DNA of 62,405 nucleotides from a virus, in the IMG/VR virus record IMGVR_UViG_3300049027_000037, positions 1 to 62,405 of that record, one strand, 5' to 3'. The translations under genes were made by a program, and so were the position numbers. The notes beneath the pieces were generated by a model that made no database searches, had not been told where the DNA came from, and worked only from the letters and a program-made list of their open reading frames with translations. Within the stretch, counting starts at the first letter, position 1; every line of letters starts with the position of its first letter. Positions 31,978-42,460 of the stretch are shown here, one piece after another.

Positions 31978-34900
31978 TAGAATCTGGTTTGATCTTCAGC
32001 GTACGTAACCCAATTCGCACCGTACTGCCACATTGCCGTTAACCCGCCTTGATCAGCGCTCATGTTCAGGGTGGGCTTATTGCGAACGACCTTTGTTAAC
32101 GTATCTATCTTTCTGCCTACTTCCTTTATATCCCCTTGATCATTCTGCACAAGACGCCCGTGTCTATTTACCGCCAACCCGCTTTCCAACGCTGCACGAG
32201 CATCAGGTAATACGATAGAGTGCCGAGGCACGTTCATAACTGTGGGCACAGCTGGCGTTTGCATAACCTTGCCTTGAGGAGTTATCACCAATTCTTTTTT
32301 GCCACCGTCACCTACCCACGACAACCCACCTGGCGCATCGGTTGTGCCTTCAGCGAATTTTGGTAAAGGTGCAGCTATAGCGCGGGCAAGCTGAAGTGCG
32401 CCTAAGGCACCTACTGCAGCAGCGAGTGCTATATTGGCTGGGGTAAATGGCCGCGAACCTAGCGCTGAAACAACCGCAACAGCTGTATCCGAAATGATTC
32501 GCGCGACATTGGCGGCTTTTTCAAATCGAGCTCGTTCTAATTGAATCTGACGTTGCCTTCTTTCTAAAACCTCTCTTTGCGCTTGTGCTCTAGCTTCAAT
32601 TTTAGCGATTGCTATCTCTCGCTCTTGTTTATTCAAAATAGTCTGCTCAGCTATGCTTATTTCTTTTTCCTTCGCATTTTCCAATTCTTCCATTCTCGCC
32701 TGCACACGTGCAGATTCATTGTCGAATTGAGCTGTAAACAAGGATACAACTGTTTCGAAAGCCTCAGTAGCCAGTTGTTTTTTTACTTCATTTAGCTTTG
32801 TTATTGCATCGATTTCTTTCTTATTATACTCTTCAGTTAGTGCAAGACCTTTTTCTTTCAATTCCTTTTCCGCCTCAAATCTGGCAGCGGTGCCTTCTTT
32901 TGTAGTAAGCACTTTCGCAGTTGCATTATTGACTTCTTCCTTAAGCGACTGAATCCGTGCGCTCCTTTCTACTTCGTCACGTTGTTTGTTGAATTGTTCC
33001 AGGGTAATCTGACCGCTAATGAGTTGCTTAATCAACTCTGTATTTGCACCGGCCGCATCGCCGGCAATCTTATCTTGCCGGGCCTGCTGACCCTTAGCTA
33101 TAATGTCGTTTACCTTATCTGTGTTATCCTGATAAATTGCTTGCTGCTGAAGGCCGTAGTCAACTGTGAGGGCATTAATATCTGACAGGAATTTCCTCTC
33201 AATCGCGGTGCGCTCCTCAGCCGTTAGTGTATCGTTCTTAATATCAAAGTCATGCTGGGCAATCAATATCTGCCGACGTTTCTCGTAACCAGCATACAGG
33301 GCATCTGTTCTGTCATTAAATGATTTTGCCTCATTGTTGGAAATTAGGTCAGCCGCTTTTATCTGGTCCTCGATCTCAGTTTTTACAATATCAAAACGAG
33401 CCTTGCGTTCACGTTCAGCATATGACCGGTTGAGATCTTCGATAGTTTTGTTTGATTCACGGCGAGCCTGGGTGAGCGCGGCGGCTCGACTTGCTTCGAT
33501 CACTTTAATCTGAGATGGAGTTAAGCCAGGCGTTAATCGCTGGCTATCGGCCCCTGCATTAATTAGTTGTTGCTGTATGCGAGCTGATTCTTTTAGCGCA
33601 TCAACACGTTCTTTCTGCGTCTTGCGCTCGTCTGCTGCTATTGATTGTTGTAATTGTTGTCTTGTTTGTAGTTGTTGTTTTGTTGCCTCGATTTCTTCCT
33701 GTTGGGCCTTTATGGATTCTTCGGTTGTCGCCTTCTTGTTATCTAACCGGTCAATTTCAATCTGAGAATCCAGTTGGAAATCTCGTTCACGGGCGGCTCT
33801 GAATTTTTGAACGAAGGATTCTACAGCCCGCAGACTTTTTTCTTCCTCCTCGGAAAGTTTCTCCCCGGCGCGCTGCCGGTTTGTAAAGTCCTGAAATTGT
33901 TTGAAAGCATCCTGATATGCGGCGCCGTTATCAGCAAGGAAACGCCTGATAGCTGCACTTTCTTCTTTAAGTGACTTCCTGCGTGCTTCTCTTATCTTCG
34001 CTTCACTTGCAAACTGGCTTTCCAATTCAGCCACCGTTTCGTCGCCTACTCGTTTTATAGCGTCTACCTCCTCATTGAGCAGCGCCTCAAAGCCAGCAAA
34101 CTCTTCGTTCAGTGCTTCAAAGTTTCTTTTTGCTTTAGCCGTTGCTGAGGCAAAGGAGGAAAGCGATATCAGTAAAAGAGCTAACAGACCGACAACGGCA
34201 AGTAGAGGCCCCCCGGCCAATGACATAGCAGCATTCAGCGCTTTCTGTGCTGCAATCGCCGCATACTTAACAACAATATTTTTACTTTGTGCAGCTGTTT
34301 CCAGGTTGGTTTGTAACAACGTTACCTTTTGCAGGCCGATGTTTAAGAGCTGTCTCGCTGCGCTCTCTTTTTGTAATGCATTTTGAATGGCCTGTAATCC
34401 CTGCAACACCGCCATTACAGATTGCAGCTTCACAAATGTTTTCTGTAGTTCTTCATTCTCATCACCGAACAGGGCCGCAGAGCCTTGCGCTACAGCATAG
34501 ATCCCGGCCAGCCCTTGCGCTGCAGCAATTAATCCATCAAACACATGGGTGTCACTCGCTTGCGCTTTTATAGTCGCCTTCATATCGCCCACGGTATCGG
34601 TAAGCTCAGCGGTCTTTTTTGTAAGCTCCTTTATTACAGCGCTATCCTCGCCGTATACCTGTGACAGTAACAGTATAGCCTGTTGATTATTTCTTATTTC
34701 GCCTGTTGCGTTGGCAAAGCCTTTACTTTGTGCGTCAACGAGCGATTGAAGTAAACCCTGCTCCTTTTGCAATGATTCCATGACAGCAACATTCTGCTGC
34801 CCTGACTTAGTATTATCGTCAATACGTTTACTTACATCTTGCAGTGCGCCTTTCAATGTATCAAGTGCACCGCTATAGTTCCCCACATTTTTATTAAACC

Positions 34901-35420
34901 GACCGACGTTAGCATCAGCCGCCTTTAGTCGTGTGTCTAATTCGAGAGCGCGGGCGCTGGCCTCTTTTGCCTGCTTGCTGCCGGCGCCAAATTGCGCGGC
35001 CAGATCTTTAGCAGATTTCGCGGCCTCGTTGTATTCTTTTGTTAATTTATCATATGCACCTGATAACCCTAGCGCCTCTTTGGCTTGCTCCTTTAATGCC
35101 TTGTTCTGTTCTTGTTGTTGAACCCTAACCTCCGCAATCTTCTTCGCCTCATCAGTATACAATGCCTGTAGTTTCGCGTTAGCCTTTGCCAATTCGTCAA
35201 CCTGTTTCGTCAATGCCTTTTCATTAACAGTCATCTCCTGTGTAGCCTTATTGACCTCCTTGAATGTACTAGCATTGCCCACCGCCTTATTCAACTCTAC
35301 AGCCTTTGCTATCAACTTTTCAAAGCTGGCAGTATTCGAATCAACAATGGGCTTCAGCTGCTCAAATTGTTTGAGCGCTTCCGGTGATATCAGTAATTCT
35401 ATTTTCTCACTGTTTGGCAT
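31977..35420 (-). CDS. tail tape measure protein
   Basis: 1147 aa, mostly coiled coil, with central hydrophobic segments and the C-terminal motif PGGLSWVGDGGKKELVITPQG. Confidence 0.85.
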   Translation of the reverse strand: MPNSEKIELLISPEALKQFEQLKPIVDSNTASFEKLIAKAVELNKAVGNASTFKEVNKATQEMTVNEKALTKQVDELAKANAKLQALYTDEAKKIAEVRVQQQEQNKALKEQAKEALGLSGAYDKLTKEYNEAAKSAKDLAAQFGAGSKQAKEASARALELDTRLKAADANVGRFNKNVGNYSGALDTLKGALQDVSKRIDDNTKSGQQNVAVMESLQKEQGLLQSLVDAQSKGFANATGEIRNNQQAILLLSQVYGEDSAVIKELTKKTAELTDTVGDMKATIKAQASDTHVFDGLIAAAQGLAGIYAVAQGSAALFGDENEELQKTFVKLQSVMAVLQGLQAIQNALQKESAARQLLNIGLQKVTLLQTNLETAAQSKNIVVKYAAIAAQKALNAAMSLAGGPLLAVVGLLALLLISLSSFASATAKAKRNFEALNEEFAGFEALLNEEVDAIKRVGDETVAELESQFASEAKIREARRKSLKEESAAIRRFLADNGAAYQDAFKQFQDFTNRQRAGEKLSEEEEKSLRAVESFVQKFRAARERDFQLDSQIEIDRLDNKKATTEESIKAQQEEIEATKQQLQTRQQLQQSIAADERKTQKERVDALKESARIQQQLINAGADSQRLTPGLTPSQIKVIEASRAAALTQARRESNKTIEDLNRSYAERERKARFDIVKTEIEDQIKAADLISNNEAKSFNDRTDALYAGYEKRRQILIAQHDFDIKNDTLTAEERTAIERKFLSDINALTVDYGLQQQAIYQDNTDKVNDIIAKGQQARQDKIAGDAAGANTELIKQLISGQITLEQFNKQRDEVERSARIQSLKEEVNNATAKVLTTKEGTAARFEAEKELKEKGLALTEEYNKKEIDAITKLNEVKKQLATEAFETVVSLFTAQFDNESARVQARMEELENAKEKEISIAEQTILNKQEREIAIAKIEARAQAQREVLERRQRQIQLERARFEKAANVARIISDTAVAVVSALGSRPFTPANIALAAAVGALGALQLARAIAAPLPKFAEGTTDAPGGLSWVGDGGKKELVITPQGKVMQTPAVPTVMNVPRHSIVLPDARAALESGLAVNRHGRLVQNDQGDIKEVGRKIDTLTKVVRNKPTLNMSADQGGLTAMWQYGANWVTYAEDQTRF

Positions 35421-35985
35421 GCAGCATCTTTAAGTGTTCAATCTTTTGATTGTATTTCTTTTCGAGCATCACGTACTTGCTCACAGTTAATTCATCTATG
35501 TTATACGTGGCGCCCTGCATTTCTTCGAAGTATATAACAGCGTGTTCGAAGTCGTCACGCTTTGGCTTCTCGTTTCCCGACTCTGCAATTTGCTTTTCGA
35601 GTTGCTTAATCAGTTGTTGCAGTTGAACGTATTTCGTTTTGCTTTTCTGAACTACAGCGTTCAGTTCCACTATGTAATCAATAGGCTCGTGCGATGTAGG
35701 CCGGAATGAGTAACCGAGCCTGCGAACACTATCGGCTATTGATTCGCTGTAGCGTTCCAAAAGAAACTGAACGCATACATCAAGTATGTACAGATGATTA
35801 TTGAGCTTCTGAATATCCCGACTTAACAATACCTGTTCATTGCTGTCAATGCCGTTGTCTTTTAATTCGTAGTACTCAGATAGAATCAGCAGCCAGGCTT
35901 GCGATAATTGATCGATGGTAGCCTTACCATCGATCAGTAATGAGTTTAAATTATCGTCACACAGTGCGTCTAGGAACGCAGGCAT
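35407..35985 (-). CDS. hypothetical protein upstream of tape measure (possible chaperone T-part)
   Basis: Conservative start at Met64 (ATG 35985-35983), 8 nt after the stop of the 67-aa ORF. The frame stays open upstream to 36174. Confidence 0.5.
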   Translation of the reverse strand: MPAFLDALCDDNLNSLLIDGKATIDQLSQAWLLILSEYYELKDNGIDSNEQVLLSRDIQKLNNHLYILDVCVQFLLERYSESIADSVRRLGYSFRPTSHEPIDYIVELNAVVQKSKTKYVQLQQLIKQLEKQIAESGNEKPKRDDFEHAVIYFEEMQGATYNIDELTVSKYVMLEKKYNQKIEHLKMLHAKQ

Positions 35986-35992
35986 TGGTAGC

Positions 35993-36196
35993 TTACTGCA
36001 CGAACGATATATATTTGATGGGGGTAATACCTGCTGCGCGGGCGGTGTCTGCGGACATGTAGGAGACCCCGCCGTCTGGGGTGTTATAAAGGACAAATAT
36101 TTTTTGATCTTTGATAGCATGTTCTTTTGCTTCATTTGACTTTTTATCAATAAGCTCTTGATGCTCTCGTTCATCAGGTAAACAGCCTAAACACAT
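35993..36196 (-). CDS. small protein upstream of tape measure (possible chaperone G-part)
   Basis: 67-aa ORF that starts directly after the upstream stop and contains an A6 run (36105-36100). Confidence 0.5.
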   Translation of the reverse strand: MCLGCLPDEREHQELIDKKSNEAKEHAIKDQKIFVLYNTPDGGVSYMSADTARAAGITPIKYISFVQ

Positions 36197-36550
36197 CTAT
36201 CCGAATTTTAATCCTAACCTTTTTGTAATTCGTGTTTGAATAGCCGGCAACAAATAAATTGGTATATACTCCTCACGTCTGCTTTCTTTTGTAAGGCCGA
36301 ATATTTTCTTACCGTATTTCTTTTCCAGGCTTGCTGCTTTCGCATCGGCCGATCCCATCTCGTATGAGTTATTGCCCACATCAACGAACATATCAGACCA
36401 GAACGAACCGGTATCATTTAGTGTCACCCACCTGCTTTCCTGGCCCTTTTCGTCTTTAAGCATGATGGTTAGGTCAGAATAGGTCGGTGTTATCTCGGTG
36501 CCGTCTGCACGAACGCCTAATGACATTTGGCCCTGGTTCAGTACGATCAT
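36197..36550 (-). CDS. hypothetical tail-module protein
   Basis: 117-aa ORF. The frame is open upstream to ~36605, so the start is uncertain. Confidence 0.55.
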   Translation of the reverse strand: MIVLNQGQMSLGVRADGTEITPTYSDLTIMLKDEKGQESRWVTLNDTGSFWSDMFVDVGNNSYEMGSADAKAASLEKKYGKKIFGLTKESRREEYIPIYLLPAIQTRITKRLGLKFG

Positions 36551-36605
36551 ATCACCAGAGGTTTCAATGACTGCCTGCTGAACTTCTTCGTGAATATCGA
36601 AGCCC

Positions 36606-36797
36606 TTAAGTCGTCTCTGTAGATCGTGAAGTGTGATAGCTTATAATTTTAAAAGCCTCCAATAACAATTGCCGTCTCAACTCGTCCGGCCGGTCCTTAA
36701 ACACCCTCTGCTGTATGCCGTGCTCGACAAACTCAGATTCAGTAAACCGGCCCCAGTATTCTATGCTGAAGCCGGTATTATCGAATATGATCGTCAT
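36606..36797 (-). CDS. hypothetical protein
   Basis: 63-aa ORF whose start overlaps the stop of the tail tube gene. Confidence 0.5.
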   Translation of the reverse strand: MTIIFDNTGFSIEYWGRFTESEFVEHGIQQRVFKDRPDELRRQLLLEAFKIISYHTSRSTETT

Positions 36798-37750
36798 TAG
36801 CTTGATGCTGATTCAACAACCAAGGCAACACCGTCTTTATCTTCAAAACCCTCCATAAGGATGGGAGCGGCTTTCAAGACTGATGGGATTGCCAACTTGA
36901 TCAGCATAGAGGCGCCGTCGAACTCCTGTGCATAATGCGTGGGGTTGACTGTTACGTCAAAGCCCTCGTCGGCTGCGTTGTCCGCTACGCCTGATACAGA
37001 AGAAGCCGACAGGTCAGACTTAAAGGCCCTCCATGCGGTTGTTTGCAGCAGGTTAGTCTTGTACGTTTCATACAGATTCACGTCGCTGATCTTACTACGA
37101 ACCTGAACGGTAGCAATGTTAGCAGACTGGTCGATTATCCTCAGTTCGATATCCTGCAACCCTACCAGGTCCAGCAGGTTGAAATCAACTTTTAAGAACC
37201 CGAGGTTACCGCCGTTGAGATAAACCGGATCAATGATGAACCGAAGATTAAACAGTGCAGATTCAGCACCGGTATTTGGCCTCCATGGCAACACCCGGAA
37301 CTGATCAACGGGTATACCTTTCAGATATACACCTGACTTGTAGCCTACTAAAACACTGTTCTTGTCGAAGAAAAGGAAGTGCTTATTTGCGCCGCCATTC
37401 TTTGCAAGCTCCTGGTGCAACTGTACGCCGCCGTTTAAATAACGGAAGGTCCAGTCGTAAAAACCATCTTTCACGTAGATCTTATCCCCGTAATCAGTGG
37501 TATTGATGGTGATATCCTCTGTGTTGTCGGTGATGTTGGTCAGCTTAGGGTAAGGGAATACCCGTGTGCCAATAGCTGCGTGAATCTTTGTTTCAAAGAA
37601 TGCCAGCAACCCGGCTACATCCGATTGAGCGATCTGGAAATTTGGCGGCACCTGGATGGCGCCGATCAGTTTATCCAAATCAATGAAGCACTCACCAACC
37701 CCTGTGTTACCGTAGTTGGTCGCGCAAAGTGGTTTATTTAAAGTGGCCAT
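36797..37750 (-). CDS. major tail (tube) protein, putative
   Basis: 317 aa in the canonical position between the connector proteins and the chaperone/tape-measure genes. Confidence 0.5.
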   Translation of the reverse strand: MATLNKPLCATNYGNTGVGECFIDLDKLIGAIQVPPNFQIAQSDVAGLLAFFETKIHAAIGTRVFPYPKLTNITDNTEDITINTTDYGDKIYVKDGFYDWTFRYLNGGVQLHQELAKNGGANKHFLFFDKNSVLVGYKSGVYLKGIPVDQFRVLPWRPNTGAESALFNLRFIIDPVYLNGGNLGFLKVDFNLLDLVGLQDIELRIIDQSANIATVQVRSKISDVNLYETYKTNLLQTTAWRAFKSDLSASSVSGVADNAADEGFDVTVNPTHYAQEFDGASMLIKLAIPSVLKAAPILMEGFEDKDGVALVVESASS

Positions 37751-37767
37751 TGTTATGAATTAATTAG

Positions 37768-38289
37768 TTAACATTTGTTTTTGATGTTCAGCTTAATATC
37801 TCGTAGTTCTATTGCATCAATATGGTCATTGAATATGTTCTTATCGTTGATCTGACTACCGTAGTAGTACATATCGGTTTCTTTATAAGTCAACTCATCC
37901 TCATAAGTGAACCGAGCATGACGATCAATTTGGTTTATCAGCTCCTTCTTAATCGGATGCAGGATGGGCTTGAAGTTTATCTCCGTCCTTTGCACTGAGG
38001 TGTACTCAGGTAAAGTGAAATTTGCTATCAGCATCCTGAGACTTGTTGATCCATAGAAACCTAACAACGATTTATCAATGGTTATATCTGTAAAGAGAAT
38101 TATCAGCGGGAACTTCTTATGTGATTCTGTAGGGCTGTTGGTAAGCTCCTGTAATCTGTTTGCGATCTCTTTCGGATGACCATACATGTAGTATACCGGA
38201 GTGGTACCAAAGTTTGCAGCAGTCAACGCCGTGTTGACCTTGGCTACGACGGCCTCCATTTCCTCTACTATGTATACGGTTTCATCCAT
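37768..38289 (-). CDS. head-tail connector/tail completion protein, putative
   Basis: 173 aa. Call is by position only. Confidence 0.45.
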   Translation of the reverse strand: MDETVYIVEEMEAVVAKVNTALTAANFGTTPVYYMYGHPKEIANRLQELTNSPTESHKKFPLIILFTDITIDKSLLGFYGSTSLRMLIANFTLPEYTSVQRTEINFKPILHPIKKELINQIDRHARFTYEDELTYKETDMYYYGSQINDKNIFNDHIDAIELRDIKLNIKNKC

Positions 38290-38291
38290 TG

Positions 38292-38843
38292 TCAGATATT
38301 AAACTCATTGATCGGTCTAAATTTTCGGAGCATGCAATGAACATCCTGGTCTGCCCACTCAGTGTAATCATCCTTCTTTGCATTCAGATAATCCACCAGT
38401 TCACAAATCCATGTTGACATTTCATTCCATGCTCTGACCATTTTGATCGCAGCGCTTGCGACTGTCGCATTTTCGTTAGCCGGTTTATTCTCGCCAGTTG
38501 TTGCAGTTTGCGTGTGATTGTTACGTTGCCACCAGTAATAGATGTAATTAGCTATTGGGCTAGTGTCAAAAGAAACATCACCAGAAACGGCATCTACAAG
38601 GCCGCGCCAGAACTTGGTTTTGCCATTTGAAGCGTATTCAACACCTTCAACCAGGTCAACCCATTTCTGATCTGTAGACGGCCATGCGGTGGTAAACGCC
38701 TTGTATAAAGAGTAACCAAATACGTCACGTAGAAACTTGTCCTCATACTTTTGAATGAATAAGGATAGCTGACTGCTTATTGCAGCCTGTGACGTATTGG
38801 GTATACTTAACTCCCCAACGAAATATGTACGGTCGATAAGCAT
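38292..38843 (-). CDS. head-tail connector protein, putative
   Basis: 183 aa directly after the capsid gene. Call is by position only. Confidence 0.45.
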   Translation of the reverse strand: MLIDRTYFVGELSIPNTSQAAISSQLSLFIQKYEDKFLRDVFGYSLYKAFTTAWPSTDQKWVDLVEGVEYASNGKTKFWRGLVDAVSGDVSFDTSPIANYIYYWWQRNNHTQTATTGENKPANENATVASAAIKMVRAWNEMSTWICELVDYLNAKKDDYTEWADQDVHCMLRKFRPINEFNI

Positions 38844-40099
38844 TATGAACCGGAAGCGATGAGTGCACGAATACGAGACAGCTGATCGTACACCAGTGCC
38901 GTCTTACGGTTAGTGCTGATGTAATCGTGGTAACGCACCTCGGCAATTGTGCTGAACTGGTTGCGTTGGAAGTCGTCAGCATTAAAGCCAACTTTCAATA
39001 CCATGTCTTGATATACATCGACGTTGTACTGAGTCACGTCGCCTACTAGCGCATAGCCTTCGGCAACCTTGTTACCCTCACGTAGCATGCCCTGCAATCT
39101 TTGCAAGAAAGGAGGCGTTAAGTACAACCGGTCAGTTGCCGATTTCTGCATTTCCAGTAGCGCGCCAGTAACCGGGTTGATACCAGCAAAATTTGCGTTG
39201 AAATTGTTTTTGCCAACTTGGGCGATCATAGCACGCAAAGCATCATACAGGTTAGCATCATCCACCTGACCATTAAGACCAGTAATGTTATAAGCTGTAG
39301 CAGCTGCAATAACAGCGGCGTAGATATCGTCATCCCATTTGCGGGCAACTGTCTCGGTCAATAGGCGCTGAACGATTGTAGTGAACCCCGGTAAGTCCTT
39401 ATCGAACTCCTCAGTGATCACAGACATTGCAGCGGTCTTTTTAGCCTGGCTCATCTCGACTTTAAAGCGAGTGTTCCAAAGTGGTTTTGGTGCGCCTTCC
39501 TGTACCTGAGCGGCGCCACCTTCTACCGATGTTTCATTCACCCATGGAAGTAAGGCTGAATTAGTACGGCCCCTGTTCACATAATTGATAATGAAATTCG
39601 GGTTGTATATGATACCGAAAAAGTTGGTAGCATCAAGGGGTGCGGCAACGGGCAGGTATGGGCTATTTGGCGGCGCAGACATTGGCTGAATAGTGTTGCC
39701 AATTGAGGTGCTGCCGGCCGTTTTTACGATGATGTTTGAAAGCGGAATTTCAAGTACACCGCTACCTTTGCGCTGAATGTCCTTGATCTCCTTTATTGTT
39801 TCAGGATCAGACAAAAGATCTTCCAGCGTTTTAGGTTGTGCGGGGTTGTTATCTTTCAAAGCATTAAGAACAGTACCTTGCTCTCTCAGGATATCTTCTA
39901 CCTGTTGGAGTTTTTCAGATACTTTAGAAAGCTCTTCAGCTTTGAAGGTATTGAAACTGGCAGCTGTCATCATGCCCTTTTGCACATCTTCGATCTTATC
40001 GTTGATGGCTTTTTCTGAAGCGGCGAATTGCTCTTTTATTTTGCTCGCAGCCTCAGTACCGACCTTATCAACAAGGTCTTTGTATTGTTGCTCTGTCAT
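38843..40099 (-). CDS. major capsid protein (HK97-fold type with N-terminal delta/scaffold-like region)
   Basis: 418 aa with a coiled-coil N-terminal ~100 aa, lying after the protease and portal in the canonical order. Confidence 0.7.
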   Translation of the reverse strand: MTEQQYKDLVDKVGTEAASKIKEQFAASEKAINDKIEDVQKGMMTAASFNTFKAEELSKVSEKLQQVEDILREQGTVLNALKDNNPAQPKTLEDLLSDPETIKEIKDIQRKGSGVLEIPLSNIIVKTAGSTSIGNTIQPMSAPPNSPYLPVAAPLDATNFFGIIYNPNFIINYVNRGRTNSALLPWVNETSVEGGAAQVQEGAPKPLWNTRFKVEMSQAKKTAAMSVITEEFDKDLPGFTTIVQRLLTETVARKWDDDIYAAVIAAATAYNITGLNGQVDDANLYDALRAMIAQVGKNNFNANFAGINPVTGALLEMQKSATDRLYLTPPFLQRLQGMLREGNKVAEGYALVGDVTQYNVDVYQDMVLKVGFNADDFQRNQFSTIAEVRYHDYISTNRKTALVYDQLSRIRALIASGS

Positions 40100-40118
40100 T
40101 TTGAATCCTAATTATGGA

Positions 40119-40970
40119 TTAAAAAATAATTTTCGTTTCTTTTATCGCACGACTCAGATCGAATACTGACGGCTCGTCATCAGTGCCTAACGGCGGCTGG
40201 TTCTTAGTGTCATCGGCTGAATCAGTTTTGCCTAATAGTGTTGTTTCTAGGGTAGGCGTGGCGCTATTGCTTCCAAATACTACAGCGCTTCCTTCCATGA
40301 TCTTTGCTTCAAGGATGGCCCAGAAATAGCCATCTGCTTCCGCTTCTTCACGGTTGGCTACCATTTCAATGTACTTGTCCCAGTTTTCTTTTTGTACTGG
40401 GTATTCATCATCATCAATACAGGTTACTAGTTTCACATACTGCATGCCTACAGAATGGTTTTTAACCCTCTTCTTTAGGTATTGCTCATACATATATTCA
40501 TTCCTTTCCTTCTCAAGAAAGGCGTTAAATAACAGCGCTTCGGTTGTTCCGGGATAATCAAGGCCCAGCTCTTTCCATGACAGATTTCTAGTCAAACCTG
40601 CGCATTCCTCGGCAATGATGTCTTTGAAGCTGCGCCGGTGAGAGTCCAGTAAATAGAATCCCGACCGCTTGTTATCCGACAAAGATTTTTTCCATAGGCC
40701 AGGGATATGAACATCACCGTGGCTATCGAGCCAATTAGTAGTATTGATTACGGGTACAACTTTTAGCCGGCCAGATTCCGTTAGTGGGATCGCTTCGCCC
40801 TCAGCCTTGTTTACCAGGTTACCTTTATCATCCACATACAACGGAGCAGAAAAGAAACCATCAGCCTCTTTCGTTACGCTTTTCTTAGCATTAAAGATCA
40901 ACGCCTCGTTTTTTACGAGGTAGTCGAATGTTTCTTTCCTGCTTAAATTGTTAGGGATGAACCTTTTCAT
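40119..40970 (-). CDS. prohead protease, putative
   Basis: 283 aa between portal and capsid. The NWLDSHGDVHIPGLW segment resembles HK97-family protease N-terminal motifs. Confidence 0.5.
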   Translation of the reverse strand: MKRFIPNNLSRKETFDYLVKNEALIFNAKKSVTKEADGFFSAPLYVDDKGNLVNKAEGEAIPLTESGRLKVVPVINTTNWLDSHGDVHIPGLWKKSLSDNKRSGFYLLDSHRRSFKDIIAEECAGLTRNLSWKELGLDYPGTTEALLFNAFLEKERNEYMYEQYLKKRVKNHSVGMQYVKLVTCIDDDEYPVQKENWDKYIEMVANREEAEADGYFWAILEAKIMEGSAVVFGSNSATPTLETTLLGKTDSADDTKNQPPLGTDDEPSVFDLSRAIKETKIIF

Positions 40971-41009
40971 TTCTTGATTGTTTTTTTGTCAGCAACTTGT
41001 TTGTCCTTC

Positions 41010-42455
41010 TCAGCTATCTTCGCTTTCAGAATTTCCTTCGACACCTTCGGTTTCTTCTCCTTCTTCGGTTCCAGATTGCTGTTGTTGGTTTGCATTTTGC
41101 TCACGTTTTATTTCTGAATAATACCGATCGCCATCTGGTCGCGGATCTTCACCGTTCAATTCAAGCCACCGGTTCATTGTAATAAGGTCGTTTTGGTATT
41201 CTATCAGTAAGGCGTCATTGCGAGACTTCCGAGCTTGGGCAGTTTGCAATTGGTCTGCTTGTAACACTGCTACATGTGAGTAATCCTTATCGATTACCAG
41301 GTTATACTTTTCAGTATTAAAGAACTGATTCCATTGCTCGTATATGCTTTCTGATTCGGGTACTATTGCATCCTGGTATAGTAATTTCTTCCCTTCAATT
41401 ACATTGGCATAAGTGGTCCCTTTTGCAGCGGCCATTAACTGGTATGGATAGCTGTAGCTATCGCAGACCGCCATAGTAGAACCTTCTACTTCCTCAAACA
41501 ACATCAGGTCTTTAGTTGCATAGCCCATTTGTTGCCACTTCATTGCGGCTGAGGTAATAATGATGTTCCATTGATGCTGCTTTAGCCCATATCTTCTAAA
41601 CTCACTCTGTATATTTTCCTTTTCGCCTTCAGGCATCGGCAAGGCTCCGAATTGTCCACCGTCGCCCGCATCTTTGGTTAGTATCCCTAGGGCACCACGG
41701 TAATTGATCAGGACATTACGCGATTCGTAGGCACCAATGATATTATTTATGGGTAGTTCGAGTGCGCAAATCCGGCTTTCAGGAATGACAAGAGAACTGA
41801 ATGAAGGTGTTATGTCCTTCATGATGTAAACCTGATCAACATCGAGCTCGGTTCTTATACCTCCGTAGTTGAGGACAATTGTTTTTATGACACCTTTTTG
41901 GTTGGTCTGATAAAACAGCTTATTGGTCTCCTCTATATCCACCATGAAAGGCGGGATATTCCAGAGCGCAGAGGCGTCAATGTTTTCTTTAAACCCTACC
42001 GGCTTAATTGGTAATACTATGGTGTAACCGAATAATTGCTGGTATATGTAACCCTGTGCTTCAAATTGCTTCCAACTTTGTAATGGATTTGGCTTCTTGA
42101 ATAGGGATTGCAGCTTCTTTGCTTCAATTGTCGTTGACTCCTTACCCTTTGCCTTACCCTGAGTATTCAGTACCCAGGTTTTACCATTGATATACGCCTG
42201 AGCCTTTTTGTTGATTATTGCATTAACTGGTGGGCAGCACTCATAAGCAGTGAAAGCGCTTTTGTGCCCGGCATAAGTGAAGTAGAAATAACTACCACCT
42301 GCCAGCTCGGCGAACCACTGTTTACCATCAGGAGCCCCCCGATAACTGCTAGGCGACAGCGGTATAGGATCGTAATTAGATACAGATTTAACAGCACCTT
42401 CAAAGTTGCCTCGCATTAACTCTTTGCCTGCTGTTAATAACTGTGTTTTGTTCAT
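41010..42455 (-). CDS. portal protein
   Basis: ~481 aa with an acidic C-terminus. Start trimmed to MNKTQLL (ATG 42455-42453) because the upstream 9 codons are part of a terminator hairpin and T-run. Confidence 0.7.
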   Translation of the reverse strand: MNKTQLLTAGKELMRGNFEGAVKSVSNYDPIPLSPSSYRGAPDGKQWFAELAGGSYFYFTYAGHKSAFTAYECCPPVNAIINKKAQAYINGKTWVLNTQGKAKGKESTTIEAKKLQSLFKKPNPLQSWKQFEAQGYIYQQLFGYTIVLPIKPVGFKENIDASALWNIPPFMVDIEETNKLFYQTNQKGVIKTIVLNYGGIRTELDVDQVYIMKDITPSFSSLVIPESRICALELPINNIIGAYESRNVLINYRGALGILTKDAGDGGQFGALPMPEGEKENIQSEFRRYGLKQHQWNIIITSAAMKWQQMGYATKDLMLFEEVEGSTMAVCDSYSYPYQLMAAAKGTTYANVIEGKKLLYQDAIVPESESIYEQWNQFFNTEKYNLVIDKDYSHVAVLQADQLQTAQARKSRNDALLIEYQNDLITMNRWLELNGEDPRPDGDRYYSEIKREQNANQQQQSGTEEGEETEGVEGNSESEDS

Positions 42456-42460
42456 AGTGT

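Noticed and set aside
35993-36196. Canonical -1 X_XXY_YYZ frameshift for the tail chaperone pair.
   Set aside because: The two frames are related by +1/-2, not -1. In the zero frame the A6 run is read CAA-AAA-AUA, which does not form a -1 heptamer. Only a +1 slip or two separate genes fit.
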